Made by a program: the position numbers and the translations under genes
In this document: one piece after another, positions 1 through 12,765 of the stretch
How the letters are laid out: the number at the start of each line of letters is the position of its first letter
Numbering within the stretch: the stretch's first letter is position 1
Assembly (NCBI RefSeq): GCF_003704095.1
Contig: NW_020844538.1
Span: forward strand, 372,001 to 436,000
Length of the DNA: 64,000 bases
Source of the DNA: Pocillopora damicornis
Lineage: Eukaryota
Reading direction: 5' to 3'
The notes under the pieces: model-generated
Databases searched by the model: none
What the model was told of the DNA's origin: nothing
What the model saw: the letters and a program-made list of their open reading frames with translations, nothing else

Positions 1-140
1 GTCGTCGAGATAAGAGCCAATAATAACAAAAATTCACTAAGAAATACTTCTCATTAAGTCTTCGGTGCTTTGTATATCTCTTTTTAACTTATTTTTGTGA
101 CACCTCACCCATTTCCGCCCGTTGTGCTCTCTATTTTAAG

Positions 141-1655
141 CCATAGGGCAGCCATTAAATGGAGGCAAATACTCAGTAAACGGAGTGGTGGATGTTCTAC
201 CAAATGGTGACGTGGAACTTCGCCTGAATGCAAGAAAAGAAAGCAGTGGACCTGGTGCCCAACCACTTAGCCCCACACCTATGTTACCTACAAGTGGCTA
301 CACTACTGGATCTTCCACTGGGGGAGCTCCCAATACTGGTACAGCACCAATCTCCGGATCGACCTCCGGATTCAGTACAACGCCAGGGTTCAGCACATCG
401 CCCAGAATAAGGAATGCAGGTACGACGGCACTGCAATGGCACAAAAAAATTCCTGATAAAATGACGATAACAATAATTATTATTGATAACAATAATATGA
501 TAAAACTGAAAATAGGTTCCTGCCGGAAAAATTATATTCTAATCTTCGCGTCCTCGTATTCTTACAATAACAACCGAATCGAACATGACAAGTTCTACAC
601 TGCACCTAAATGATGACTTGTATAATTAAATGTTCCATATCGCAGTGGAACATTTCACGGATGGTCGTCGTCTCCATTTTGATAAATGGCGTATGATATT
701 CTTTAAGTTTTCTGAAAGTAGCACATCTCGATCAACAGCGATCCTCCACATAGTTAGGAAGAGGAACGGCCCTAAAATACGGTCTTACTTTACGAAATTC
801 AAGTTTTCATCTGCAGGCGACAACCCAAGACAAGTTGGACTTAATTTGCACAACGACTACCGCAGAGTACACAATGCTCCAATAATGAGCCTTAATTCCC
901 AACTTAACGATGACGCTCAGAGATATGCAGAAAAACTTGCCCGTGAGAGTGTTTTTGAACATGACAAAAACAATAGAAACCAAGGAGAAAACCTGGGGTT
1001 ACAATGCGCCAGTGGAAGTGATGCAGATCTGGTTAAGAAGGTTGTTGATGCATGGTAAGCTTCATCTGAGGCAATGCAAGTTTAATAAAAAATATAATTT
1101 GAACTTGGCTTTTATTGATTTGGAATAAAGCTCAGAACAATTCCCAGATGAGCCAGTTTTTCACTGAGCGGCATCCCTTGAAGTTATTACTGACCAAGAA
1201 AAACATGCATTGAATCGTCTGCCCATCAGTAATGGGGTGTTTTTTCACAAATATGCGTGCCATTGCAGTGCTACAAGAATAACTTCTGATCCGCTGTCTC
1301 ATTTTTTAGGTATAAAGAGGTTTGTGGTTACAATTTCGACAATCCTGGAGTAAGTTCTGGGGTTACTGGTCATTTTACTCAAGTTGTGTGGAAAACAAGC
1401 ACCAGACTTGGCATTGGGTTCGCCAGGGGAAGTTACACATTTGGCTCACAAAGATTTGACAACTGCCTGTTTGTGGTCGGCCGATATCTAGAACCAGGAA
1501 ACTTAGTTGGTGCCTATTCACAGAATGTGTCGAAGGGAAGCTTTAACGTGCAGATTTGTCGTTCTTCAAATAATTACGGGAAGAGAAGTAAGCCTTTTCG
1601 AAAACCAAATTCGGGAAAAAGTAAAAGAAAGAGCACCTTAGAGTTGGTCCTTTAA
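141..1655 (+). CDS. CAP-superfamily (SCP/TAPS, GAPR-1-like) gene 1, 5'-partial; exons 141-419, 817-1054, 1310-1655
   Basis: GT-AG introns in phases 1 and 2 (Trp codon split TG|G). CAP motifs [43 protein letters not shown]. Exon 141-419 encodes the hairpin motif plus a Thr/Ser/Gly/Pro stalk. The signal exon is presumably upstream of the window. Confidence 0.9.
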
Positions 1656-1850
1656 TCCTTTAACTCCCAAGATTTGATTGTTAATTCTCCCCTCTTGCTG
1701 CTACACAATTCCTTGTAAATTAGTTGCGAGAATGTGGTGAAAGATCAAGATTACAACTTCTACCTGATAAGTTTGAGTATTCTCATTAACTGTTTGCTAA
1801 AATAGTGTGGAAATTATTTAGAGAAGTTACATGTTAGTCACGTTAAAGGG
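1656..1850. mobile_element. TTAA-flanked MITE (piggyBac-like non-autonomous element)
   Basis: TTAA at 1652-1655 and 1851-1854; termini tcctttaactccca...gttaaaggg; similar to the elements at 48494-48697 and 58392-58580. Confidence 0.75.
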
Positions 1851-3102
1851 TTAACTAAGGGCAAGCCATATTGTGTGATGCATTTCTGGAAAGGTGAAAT
1901 AAAGTTGTATTTGGCGAAAGATAATGGCCATGCCTACACTTTTTTGATTTTATTTACTGGCAATTAAAAAAGCATTTAAAGAAACAGCTGGTCGGTTGAT
2001 TTTATGGGATTCACACCAACATAGGTAAAACATAGCCGCGTATGAAAGCAAATTTATTGTTATCTGACTACACAAAGAGATGGTATGACGTCGTCTTTAT
2101 ATAGATATAAATGAAATATTTAATGAAAGGCAATTTTAAAACATATTTTGGTATGAAAATATTACCCAGAAAAGCACGCATAAACTATGCTCGAATGAAT
2201 TCTATCCCAACTTTCCTACTGAAATGACATAAACTTTCTTGATGGCAGTTCAATTCAACTTTTAAGTTGCTTAAAAGCAGTGTTGGTGAAGTTCGATAAA
2301 AAAAAGAAAAAAAAACCTCACAAAATAAAAAAATCGCCGGGTTGAAACAACTGCTTATGGAGCCCAGGATGGGAAAACCCTTAAATTTCTTTGAATATCC
2401 ACATGAGATCACAAAAGAATAAACAAGAGATGTAGAAGGGCTCAACCATTTTTATAACATGGCTAGTAAATTTGTCTAATCAAATTAAATTGCGCGAGCG
2501 TGCTTCATATTCCTATTTTGCACGGACATGACGTCAGCAAACAAATCCCNNNNNNNNNNNNNNNNNNNNNNNNNNNNNNNNNNNNNNNNNNNNNNNNNNN
2601 NNNNNNNNNNNNNNNNNNNNNNNNNNNNNNNNNNNNNNNNNNNNNNNNNNNNNNNNNNNNNNNNNNNNNNNNNNNNNNNNNNNNNNNNNNNNNNNNNNNN
2701 NNNNNNNNNNNNNNNNNNNNNNNNNNNNNNNNNNNNNNCTTGATACCACTGGGCGAAAAGTTGAGACCGTCCACATTTCCGTGCCATTTTTTACACGCTC
2801 GTCGCCTCCTGGAGTGGAAGTTTAGAGATAATCTCAAGCCACAGAGCATACAAATGGAAATTAGTGGTTGATTTTCCTGCTCTGTGCATGTTAAAGATTT
2901 GGAATTATGCATTATCATAAAATTCATTATATCACATTTCTGGGGTTATTGTCCTCTACATCGATATTAAATAGGATAACTTATGTCATCTAAATACAGG
3001 TGGGTAGTTTCAATCCTTTGGTTCTGGGAGTATCAAGACTGACAGGAGATCAAGAACCTCAACTTGCAACTCAGAATTTCTACTTTTTTTAAAACCCGGC
3101 AG

Positions 3103-5441
3103 ATGTAAGTAACTTTGAAAAAAAACTAGCCAGCTAAATTTTAATTATGAGATGATTAAGTGAAGCAATTCCATGAATAACGCCATCAATTGTTAGTTAA
3201 GTATATAGATCTCTATGCATCTACTTTAATTTATGAAGTCACTTGATTTTTTAATTACAAATGCTCGATTATCGAAATCCTTAGAAAAGAAAAATTTAGG
3301 TCTTTTCCTTGCCTCTTCCATAGACTATTAACCTATTTTTGTTCTGTTAATGTCATTTATCAGGAATCCAAAGAATTTACATTGTTTGAATTATCATGGC
3401 CTGGTCGTTTGGTTAGGTTTGTTTTCAGTGGGAGGTAAGACATTTTGTTCATTAGAAATAATCGTTTATCGTACAACTATGATATCTTTCAAACACGGTT
3501 GTTATCTGCGTTTTCTTATTCTTATATTTGTTCAACAGCAAATGCAGGCTCGTTACGAATTCCTATTGAGGGACAGCTTATATACGACAGTTCATCAAAA
3601 ACGGCAGATCTCTGTCTGTCGCCGCTCATGTGTCCACCGTGTGTTTTTGACGCTCTTTGTAATCAGGGCGGAATTAATTCTATGCAAGGAACAAATAATC
3701 TACCTTACTCAACCAACGCTTTACCGCTAACCACTGTGTCAACGACCCCAACATCGTCGAGTACAGAGGCAGCCTCGACAGAGTCGCCCTCAACCACCGA
3801 AGCTACCACGCAGAGTGTTCCAACAACGGAGGAGCCGGCCAGTAGTACAACAGCATCAACCCCCTCGAGCAGCAGTATCACTGATCATACCCCTTCCTCG
3901 GCGTCTGAGACAACTCTCCTCACAGAGGCAACAGAAGCAACCGACGGTGGTAATCTAAGTCCTACAACATCGGTCACGGTGTCAGCAGCAACGGTAGGCG
4001 GAGGAATCGACGCGGAGGCAGGTAATGATGGGGATTTCATCGGAAAAAAAATCTGACATAGTGAACAACTTGGACCTTGTGGTCTCTCCGATAACACAAA
4101 TGATCCACCTCACCATTTTTTTGTGAGGCTGGAGTTGAGGTACATGATAAATGTGAATTGTAGCTATATGTCCTCCTATGTATAATGGTAGGGTTGTTTA
4201 GTTTTTGGCGAGGTTCAATGTCCAATTCATTCGTCATCAACAGGCATACCAAAATACCAGCGTTTAATCGCTTTGCAATGTCCTACCTGAAAACGCCTGC
4301 CTTTGAGAGACTTGTTCAAATCGTTGAGAAATAGAACGAGTGGATACTATAGTTCCTACTTGCATAGCCTGATTTGTTCTTTTTTGATATTCTCAATTAA
4401 GTAAAAAATGTCCATCACTTAAATCAGTTCCTTTTTGCTTTGTTTTTTTACTCGTAGACGTTCTCCAAAAGGGATTGGATAAGCACAACTTTTATCGCAG
4501 AATACACAAATCACCTGCTCTAATTTTGAGCTCACAGTTGAACAGCGATGCCCAGAAGACCGCTGAAAGAAGTGCAGCTCAGGGTAAACTTGTCCACACT
4601 GACGACTCAGAGTTGGGTGATCAAGGAGAGAATCTTGGCAAGTTGTGTGCCTCAGATGAAACTCCCGAGGAGATTATAACTAAAGTTGTTGAGAGATGGT
4701 GAGTAGATTATGACCAGATCTTCTCCGATCGACCTGGTAAAATCCTATGAAGATTTCCATAAACATGATGCTGCACGAATCCTAAAAATTAGAGACTTAC
4801 TCGTGATGAACAGATAGGTCTACCTCAGTCAAAAAAAGGCATAATCTAATCAGGAGCTTCTGAGCTCGTGCGTCACTTTCTTCGTGGAATGTGGAATGTT
4901 ATACAGGGAAACTTTGGTTTTATTCCACTATGCTAAGTGATTGTCCTAAAAAGGAAAAAATATATAGATATATATTATCTAGTTGGATAATTTCCCTTTT
5001 TTCGACTTTTCCTTTTAAAAATGCATCCATATTTTGAGGAAAAACTCATTTCTGGTTAGTTCTGGAACAACAAGGTCTAAGAAAAAATTTTTTTTTCTTC
5101 CTTTTTCTTCGTACTGAAGGTATAACGAGATTTGTAAGTACGATTTTAGCAAGCCAGAATCGTCATCCTCAACTGGACATTTTACACAGATCGTTTGGGC
5201 CTCGACTTCACAACTCGGCCTCGGATGGGCCTCAAAAGATGAAGACGGCTTCCTTTGTTATTATGTGGCAGGAAGATACAGCCCTAGTGGAAATATTGCC
5301 AACAAATTTGAAGAAAACGTCATGAAAGGAAGTTTCGACCCGTCATACTGTTCGTCAAAAAGGCGAAATCTTAAGAGTGTGCGAGATGTGATCTGGCCAA
5401 AATGGTATAACATAATTGTGAGAAGTCTCCACCAATACTAA
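3103..5441 (+). CDS. Secreted CAP gene 2 with Cys-rich hinge and Thr/Ser/Glu mucin-like stalk; exons 3103-3104, 3364-3434, 3539-4021, 4458-4698, 5120-5441
   Basis: Putative signal peptide MNPKNLHCLNYHGLVVWLGLFSVG with the start codon split AT|G. CAP motifs HNFYRRIH, LVH, GENLG, WYNEIC, GHFTQIVWA, CYYVAGRY, PSGN. Stop TAA at 5439-5441. The first micro-exon is less certain than the rest. Confidence 0.88.
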
Positions 5442-7721
5442 TTTAATCATATTTTAAAACTTAGTATAATTCCTTTTTGAAATGATTTACTATTCCTTTG
5501 TAACAATTGACATGATAAGGAAAAAAAGATGAGGTACAACTCAGTAATTTACCCGATCCTTTGTCGTTATTATATACCACAAGCCGGGCTATTCCCAAAA
5601 GTGACTAATAAATTGCTGTTTTAGAGACAAGTTTCTTATAGACGACATGAAATACAAATTTATTTACCATAGCCATGCTGTCATTGCCATACTTTTGAAA
5701 TAGGCTAATACAAAATGCCATCTTTAGACAAACACCATATCGGAAATGAATCAGTACGGTATTAAGTCGAGTAATTGTGTTACTTGATGCTTTTAAGAGC
5801 GCTACAATTGTCGTTTGAAAACTTGCCAAATCAGCTGCGCGTTGAACCGAATTGTTCTGAATTTTATGGAAGATTGGATCATCTGTAAGGGAGTTTCGTT
5901 CCATCACAGTCACATTAATTACTACGAAAACAAATTTCAGTTGAAATATTATTGCCATGGGTTGGGCTGAAAAGTGAAGGTCTATTTGGTAGGGCGGATT
6001 GCTCTTTTTGGGTGCGAATTTGCAATGGGAGGAAACCTCAAGAATACAAGTCACAATGTAAAAGGTTGGCTATCGATGGACTGACTTCACCAGGAAAAAA
6101 TGTAACCAAAATTTTCCCATCATCAGTGATACCTGACTGTCGACGATATTGATCATCACCATGATTGACAACGAATTTGTTTCTCAATGACTTTATGATA
6201 ATGTTTCAAGGACCCAATTTGAAGTTTGTCAAGCTCAAGGAAGGCTCTCTGAGGGTTTTAAATCTATAAGAACCAAAGTTTATACACCAAGGCCAAATGT
6301 ATGGTAGTCTAATGATACCAACTTCACACTACTATGATTTATAATTTAAACACTAAAGCCAGCTTAATTGGGTCGTGCTATAAGACTCAACAATTCCTAA
6401 TCAGTCTAACTGAAGGATAAAAAGTTGCCGTGTTACGTCTTCATGTCGGCGTTGTATCAATTTATTTTCGCTAGCAAGGAGATGAATTCTCTCTTTCCCT
6501 GGGAAATAAAGTGTTACACTTCATTTACTCATTTATTCGTGAAATCACCCTGAGATTTTAAGACTAGGTTGGCTCTTCAGATATAGAGAAACTGACCAAA
6601 ACTTAGCTGGAAAAGGAGCTATTGGCAAATAAATTCGTGTTTCGGAAAATTTCGTTTTATTCTAATATTTTTGTCAAACCAACTCTTCAAGACATCCACC
6701 AGTTGACAAGGCAGATTCTCTTGCGACTGGTATATGAGCAGAGGTCTTGAGTTACTGAATTCGGTCACATGCTGAATACCAGCGCCTTTCAAGTGAGCGT
6801 AGAGTTAATATTGATGGTGGTTTTGTTCAAATATTTGCACAAATTGAAACAAAAGCAATTCAGTTATTTGCATTTTTGTGACGCCTTCCTGAAGCCTGGA
6901 GTAGGTGAGTTTTGAGGAGGATGTGACTTTTTCTGTTTTCCTGAGGCAAAATCGATACATTTCCTGAGCTGTGACTTATCTACCGCAAGGTTACTAAACG
7001 ACTTCATTTCGTAGCAGATCTTGCTTTCTAGAAGTTTTTTTCTTAAAGCTTAAGGAATGAATCGAATTAGCCATTAAGAGACAGCTACTAACGATTTTTC
7101 CCTAAGTGTTAAAAAGTAGTGAAAACGTTTAAATAACGAAAGTCTGATTCAAATTCTGAGGTGATAAACGAGTATTTCACGAATTAGAAGATTCATTTGC
7201 TTTCCGTACATCGTTTTACATCTCCAGACAAAACAAACGAAATCTAACTTTACTTTGAGGGTGACGCAATAAATGTTTCAATGTATTGAGAAAATTAAAA
7301 GTGGAAAAGGACAGATTTATCTCAATGTCTCCCTCTCACAAAAATTGTCATTTTTCAAGACCATGATACACAGTATACTGGCATGGGAACGTTTGGAATG
7401 TCTTTGTGGTTTTAAAGTTACAGATTTCGGACAAGTTGGGTGTTTATGGTCGCCTTTCTAAAGGTGGCAAGTCTACGTCGAACATCACTTCACCTAGCCT
7501 ATGTGGAATTTAAAATGATACCTGGAGCGTTACACAAAGCTATGCAAAAAAGGCATGAACTAAGAATTCTGAGAGTCATTTCGCTGAAATGCTCCAAAAA
7601 TTTAGCAAAACCTACTTTCTCAGAATCTTTTGTGTTTAAGCACAAATAAGAATTTGCGTTTTTGTATTTGAATAATCAACTTTACACCGAAAAGTTCTCT
7701 ATTCTCTTATGTATAGCCATC

Positions 7722-10345
7722 ATGAGCTGGCCTTTCATTTTCCTGATAATTCATGCAACATATGCCGCGAATGGTAAGTTAGAATTACATTTATAGTGTA
7801 AAGATCGTTTTATTCACTGTAATATTTAATTAACAAGTACAGAGGAAGGATTAGATCTTTTTAAAGTTTTGTCAAGGCTAAACTCAATTAATTTTCCTTA
7901 TTAACTTTGAATCAATTTCGAACAAAAATTATATTTATCGTTGTAAAAATTTCAGGGTTATTGTTATTATTATTAGTGGTGTTAGTATATATGCCACAAT
8001 GTGTTAGTGAAAGGGGTGAATATTTACCTTGCTGCTTCGCGGTTGGGTAAATATCTACGACTATTCTCCACTTCGGTGAATAATTGTCCACCATTGTCAG
8101 CAATATCATCATTATCTGTTGTTCAATTATCAACATTATAATCTTATCAAAATCATTATTACTATGTTTACTATTACCATTTTTATTATTACCATTAATA
8201 TCATTAAAAATCATGGGAAGGATAAAGAAGGTAAACCTATTGTGCTGTTAGGCCCTTTCAAAATTTTAATGAAAACTTTATTTTCCTCTCCCACACCAAG
8301 ACTCAAACGGTTTTAAGTTATAAGAGAAATAAAACATTCGAAGTAATATTAAAAATAAATTCAAAGTGTATTTCTGCTTTGGGACCCAAAATTTGTATAT
8401 TCAGATAAAACTGACATACTCTTATCCTGACTAGATTTCTGATACTGTTCCTAACTCTCGTTGTTTTGTTTTCATATTATGTTTCACGTTGTTGTTATTT
8501 GCTGGAAACAAAGTTAATAAATGCATCTATAGGAGGCATCCACAAAATTCAACTATGTAATGAACATACTTTTAAATTCGCAGAATTTACAATCCAAGGA
8601 AACGGTTCATATGAAGCTGGGAAATTAAAAGTAGACCTTCACCTTGAGTCGAATTTGAGCTTAACAGCGAAGACAACTGTTCCCCCAACTTCAGTGGTGA
8701 AAACTCTTGCTCCTACTATAAACGCGACAACAATTCCTCCATCTGAAACGATTCCCCCCTCTACGCTACCTTCAACACCGGTTCCTACCGTAAATTCTAC
8801 GACAATTGGGTCCGTGACAGGGAACCCACCGACACCTACACCAACAACAACAAGCGCAACAGTGAATGTCACTACCCCAACACATGTACCAGAGTATCTT
8901 GATGGAAAACTTTCAACAAACTCCGAGCCATGTAAGTAAAATATTCAACCCACATCAGTCGAGAACATTCAAATGTAGCAATATATTTCAGTTCGTAGCG
9001 TCCATTAACCTTTTCATATATCATCAATGGATAAACCCTTTTCGAAATGGCAGTGGGTCGGGCAGTGACAGCTTTAGTGATAGTGGCAAGGTTAGCTGTG
9101 TGAGATGACCCCAGAAATATTACGACATCGGCATCGGAAAAAGTTGAGAGGGGTTAGCGGCGATAGGTTGGAAAAAGTTGAGAGGGGGTAGCGGCGATGG
9201 GAATAGAGTGTTGGAGAGAGTGGAATGGATAGTGGAGGTAGCAATAGTATTGGTGACAGAGGTGAGAAGCTCATTTGGTGACAGTGGAAGTGGCAGTGGT
9301 AGCAGAGGGCAATATAGAGGCCACGGTGGTGGTGTGAGACAGGTGCAATCGAAATAAGGGTTTTGAAAACGAAATAAGCTTAGAACGACTCCCTAACCAT
9401 GAGCTTGGATTTAGTTTCAGCTTTAGATCGTACAGCCCTAGAGCTTCACAATTACTATCGTTCTATCCACGAGGCGCCTCTCCTGACCCTCGATACAAAC
9501 CTCCGAAAAGATGCTCAAGAATATGCTCTCAAAGTTGCTAGAAGTCAAATGTTACGCCCAGAACAAAATTTTGTACTCAATTCTAAAAACGAAGGTGAAA
9601 ACCTGGGATTTAGATGCTCGACAACACGACCTGATCCTGGAAAATCTTTGAGACAGATAATGAAGCGATGGTAAGAAATCCTCGGGCTACTGACCCTAAC
9701 GTCTTTTAAATCTTGTCTTCTCGTACTTTTTCCCGTCTATGACCCTAGTTTCCCCTCATTTTTCATATTTACCGACTCAGGTGTGTAAACTGTCTCCAGT
9801 AGAATTATTTATTGCGCTCCTCTTCATTGTCAATGCTTGGATACGTTATAAATTTGGTGATGTGACCGTCAAACCCAACAAATTACAATTTGAAAAAACT
9901 TCCCTTAAAAAAATATATTAACAAAAGAATTCTGAATGTTTTAGAACATTTGCGGCATAGCACAATGTTGAGTGTCTCGTTAAAAAAGTAAAACTCGATG
10001 AGGAACGAGATAAATATAAAATTATTCATTTAATTTAATTTATTGCTCCTCAGGTATGACGAAGGTTGCCAATACAACTTTCAAGCACCATCGACAGATA
10101 GGTATTCCTTCAGACATTTTACACAAATGACGTGGAATGGAAGCAGAAGGCTGGGCGTTGGCATCACCTATGGGAAAATCAACAATCTGCATTGCCTGTA
10201 TTTTGTCGCACGTTACAGACCCCGCGGAAACTTGGGAAACAAGCTCATATATATCAATAACGTGAAGAAAGGAGTTTTTGATTCGTCTTTTTGCAGACCA
10301 ATAGCAAATCAATCGCCTAACCAAGAAGTTATTTTGAAAGACTAA
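7722..10345 (+). CDS. Secreted CAP gene 3 with Thr/Pro-rich stalk; exons 7722-7773, 8584-8931, 9421-9670, 10054-10345
   Basis: Signal-like exon MSWPFIFLIIHATYAAN followed by gtaagt. Motifs HNYYRSIH, GENLG, WYDEGC, HFTQMTWN, CLYFVARY, PRGN. Intron phases 1,1,2. Confidence 0.88.
7995..8086. repeat. Short palindromic interspersed repeat in intron
   Basis: Inverted arms ggtgaatatttacc ... ggtaaatatctac, ending in ggtgaataattg. Confidence 0.45.
9048..9345. repeat. Purine-rich low-complexity intronic tract with a ~32-bp direct repeat
   Basis: G/A-rich (gtggcagtg-like) degenerate repeats; ggaaaaagttgagagggg(t/g)tagcggcgat occurs twice at about 9136-9199. Confidence 0.6.
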
Positions 10346-12765
10346 TCTGAAATTAATTTTACGTGTACAAAACAAACGAGAAGAAAACTTTAATTTTTCT
10401 TTAACATATGCTAAATATGTATTTATGGGAAGTGTGTTATGACTTGGAACAGAGTTATTAAGGACATCTCGGTTTCAATATAGTTACGTAGTTCAGACAA
10501 ACTGTGTTTAAGACATTAAAAGCTGTTCAATAAACAATGTAGCTGTATTTTGAAACTGATATCTAAACGCGTGGTAAACTTATGAGCAGCCAATTCCTCA
10601 CCTCAAGTGGCTGAAACGCACGCAATTCGGCTTTTAAGAGGGATGTTTGTCGTCTTCATACGAGCGTGGGACAGAAAAAAACATTCGTTTCCTCTTGGAG
10701 ATTCAGAAAATTTCACTTTTGTCACACGCTCGAGACGAGACGAAAAATGTCCTTTTCTCTATTTCGTGGTCGAATATAATAATATTTCTTCCTTTCTTTC
10801 TTCTATTACAATTCTACTTTGTTGTCGGACACTTTTTCTCTTGATGGGTCGATAGAAAATCCTTTATCTTCCATTTTAGGGGAAAATGGTACATATCAGG
10901 CCCTTAGCATTTGCTCAACAGGTTATGGTCACCTGTAGAGAAGTGCTACGGTTGCTCTTTGGAACACCTTAGCTTCAGCACGACATTCCTGAAATTTAGG
11001 TTGAGTACAATGTTCTGTGGTTTCCGATAAAGATCTGCCGTAATCCTATCCGCTGGAATGCATCAAATTGCTTTTTAGTTCCTACTGTTAGGTAGGAACT
11101 AAAGTAATCTAGGATTGCATTGGCTCAGAACGCTTTTCGGTTATTCTAGACAACGCCCGCCAATCTCCCAAACAATCAGGTGGAAAATTAAAACCAATAA
11201 CTTGGTCAAATGCATAGAAGGGGCGAGTTTCTGAAGAAAGCGTGCTAATCGTTGCGTCGCTGGAGGTTTTACAAGATCGGTTTTATGAACTGAGTCGCTA
11301 ATATAAATTAAAGGGTTTTTAAAGCTCATGTTTCGAATTTCAGCGCAAATTACGGAGGGCTAACGAGCAAATGGCGAAGGGAAGGATTAACCATCGTTCT
11401 GACGGATGGCCAACGCGCAAAACAGCAGCTTAAGTTATGGATTAAGGATACAAAAGCGAAATCGTGATGTTGGCAGGAGTCCAACCCGCAGCATCCGCCC
11501 AGTATTTCAGATACTTTATCACTATGCCTGACAATAACCGATGTAGGTAAACCATTAAAATTAATTCTCTTGAAACGCATCTTTCGTAATGCTATGATTT
11601 GAATACACGTATAGCTGTGTCACTGACCGGCTGAAAAATATTTCACACGAATTGTTGCGATTATCTACTTTATAAGCTATTGTTTAAGGTATGTGCATGT
11701 GTTTCGATACCCTCGATACCACTACAGTTCTCTTTTTTTCAGAATCTTTTTATTACAGTTGTAAGTCTAGATTTATTTTTGAAGTGATTAATCTATCCAA
11801 TTTTTTGTTACCTCTTCGAAAACTTCTCTGTATTTAAAGACTAAAATAAAGAACTTTACTTCCTATAAAGAACTTTACTTCCTATAAAGAACGTTATTTC
11901 TAAGGTTACTCGGTGAGGTAGCAGCATAAAAAACACGACTAGTGGCACGTTAACAGCTCGATTGGAAAAACGACCAGTTAATTGTCCAGGCGTCGGGAGA
12001 ATAAACTCACACCCTGATTTCAACAATAGTCATGAATCCAAAAACACAAGCTGTAGGTGCTAGATGTTATGAAACTTATTTTCTCGTCTTACATACTTCT
12101 CAAGAAGACCTATGCTTTGTTGAAATGAATATCTCATGGACCAAAAACTGACCACAAACAGAAAAACAGCAACCTGTAACCAAAATTTTTTAGAATGACA
12201 AAAGCTTTGGTTATTGTTTACTCAGACAATATTGCTGGTCCTGATATCCTATATTTGCCTAAACCTGTTTTAAGTGAATAAGTCCATAACATTATTACTC
12301 GTTTTATGTGGCTGGAATTTTTGTTGGTTCCAGGTAAGTTATGGCTTCTTAATCTCGTAGATAATATTTACTGTTTTACTGATACTAGGATTTTAGGAGG
12401 GATGTTTGGATTTTATTTTAGTGTTGCTTATGTTTTGGCTGTGACTATTAGCAACTAATGGGATCACAAATAAAATAAGGGATCGATTGAATACATTTTA
12501 GGATTTAACATGAACGCGTATTTTTTATTACTTTCTTTTAATTTCTTCTCAGATCATGATACATATTTGATACTCTTTATTCCCGTGACATTTTGTCTGT
12601 TAACCAATAGCCTTTGGTTCTTACTTGTACTGGATTCACGATTCTTCTGATATTGATATTTTAAGGATTCAGGGATAATGATAACGCTGCCCTGGCCAAA
12701 GTTCATAGTCGAATTAATGTTCTAACCACGGCTCCCTCTTTAATTGATCATTTTTACGCTTCAGA

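Noticed and set aside
2485-2927. ORFs spanning N runs (also at about 22.1, 28.5-29.0, 35.8, 37.5, 41.1, 49.4 and 62.2 kb)
   Set aside because: They are open only because N codons contain no stops.
7912-8316. Ile/Asn-rich ORFs on both strands
   Set aside because: Low-complexity ATT/TAT intronic sequence with no coding features.
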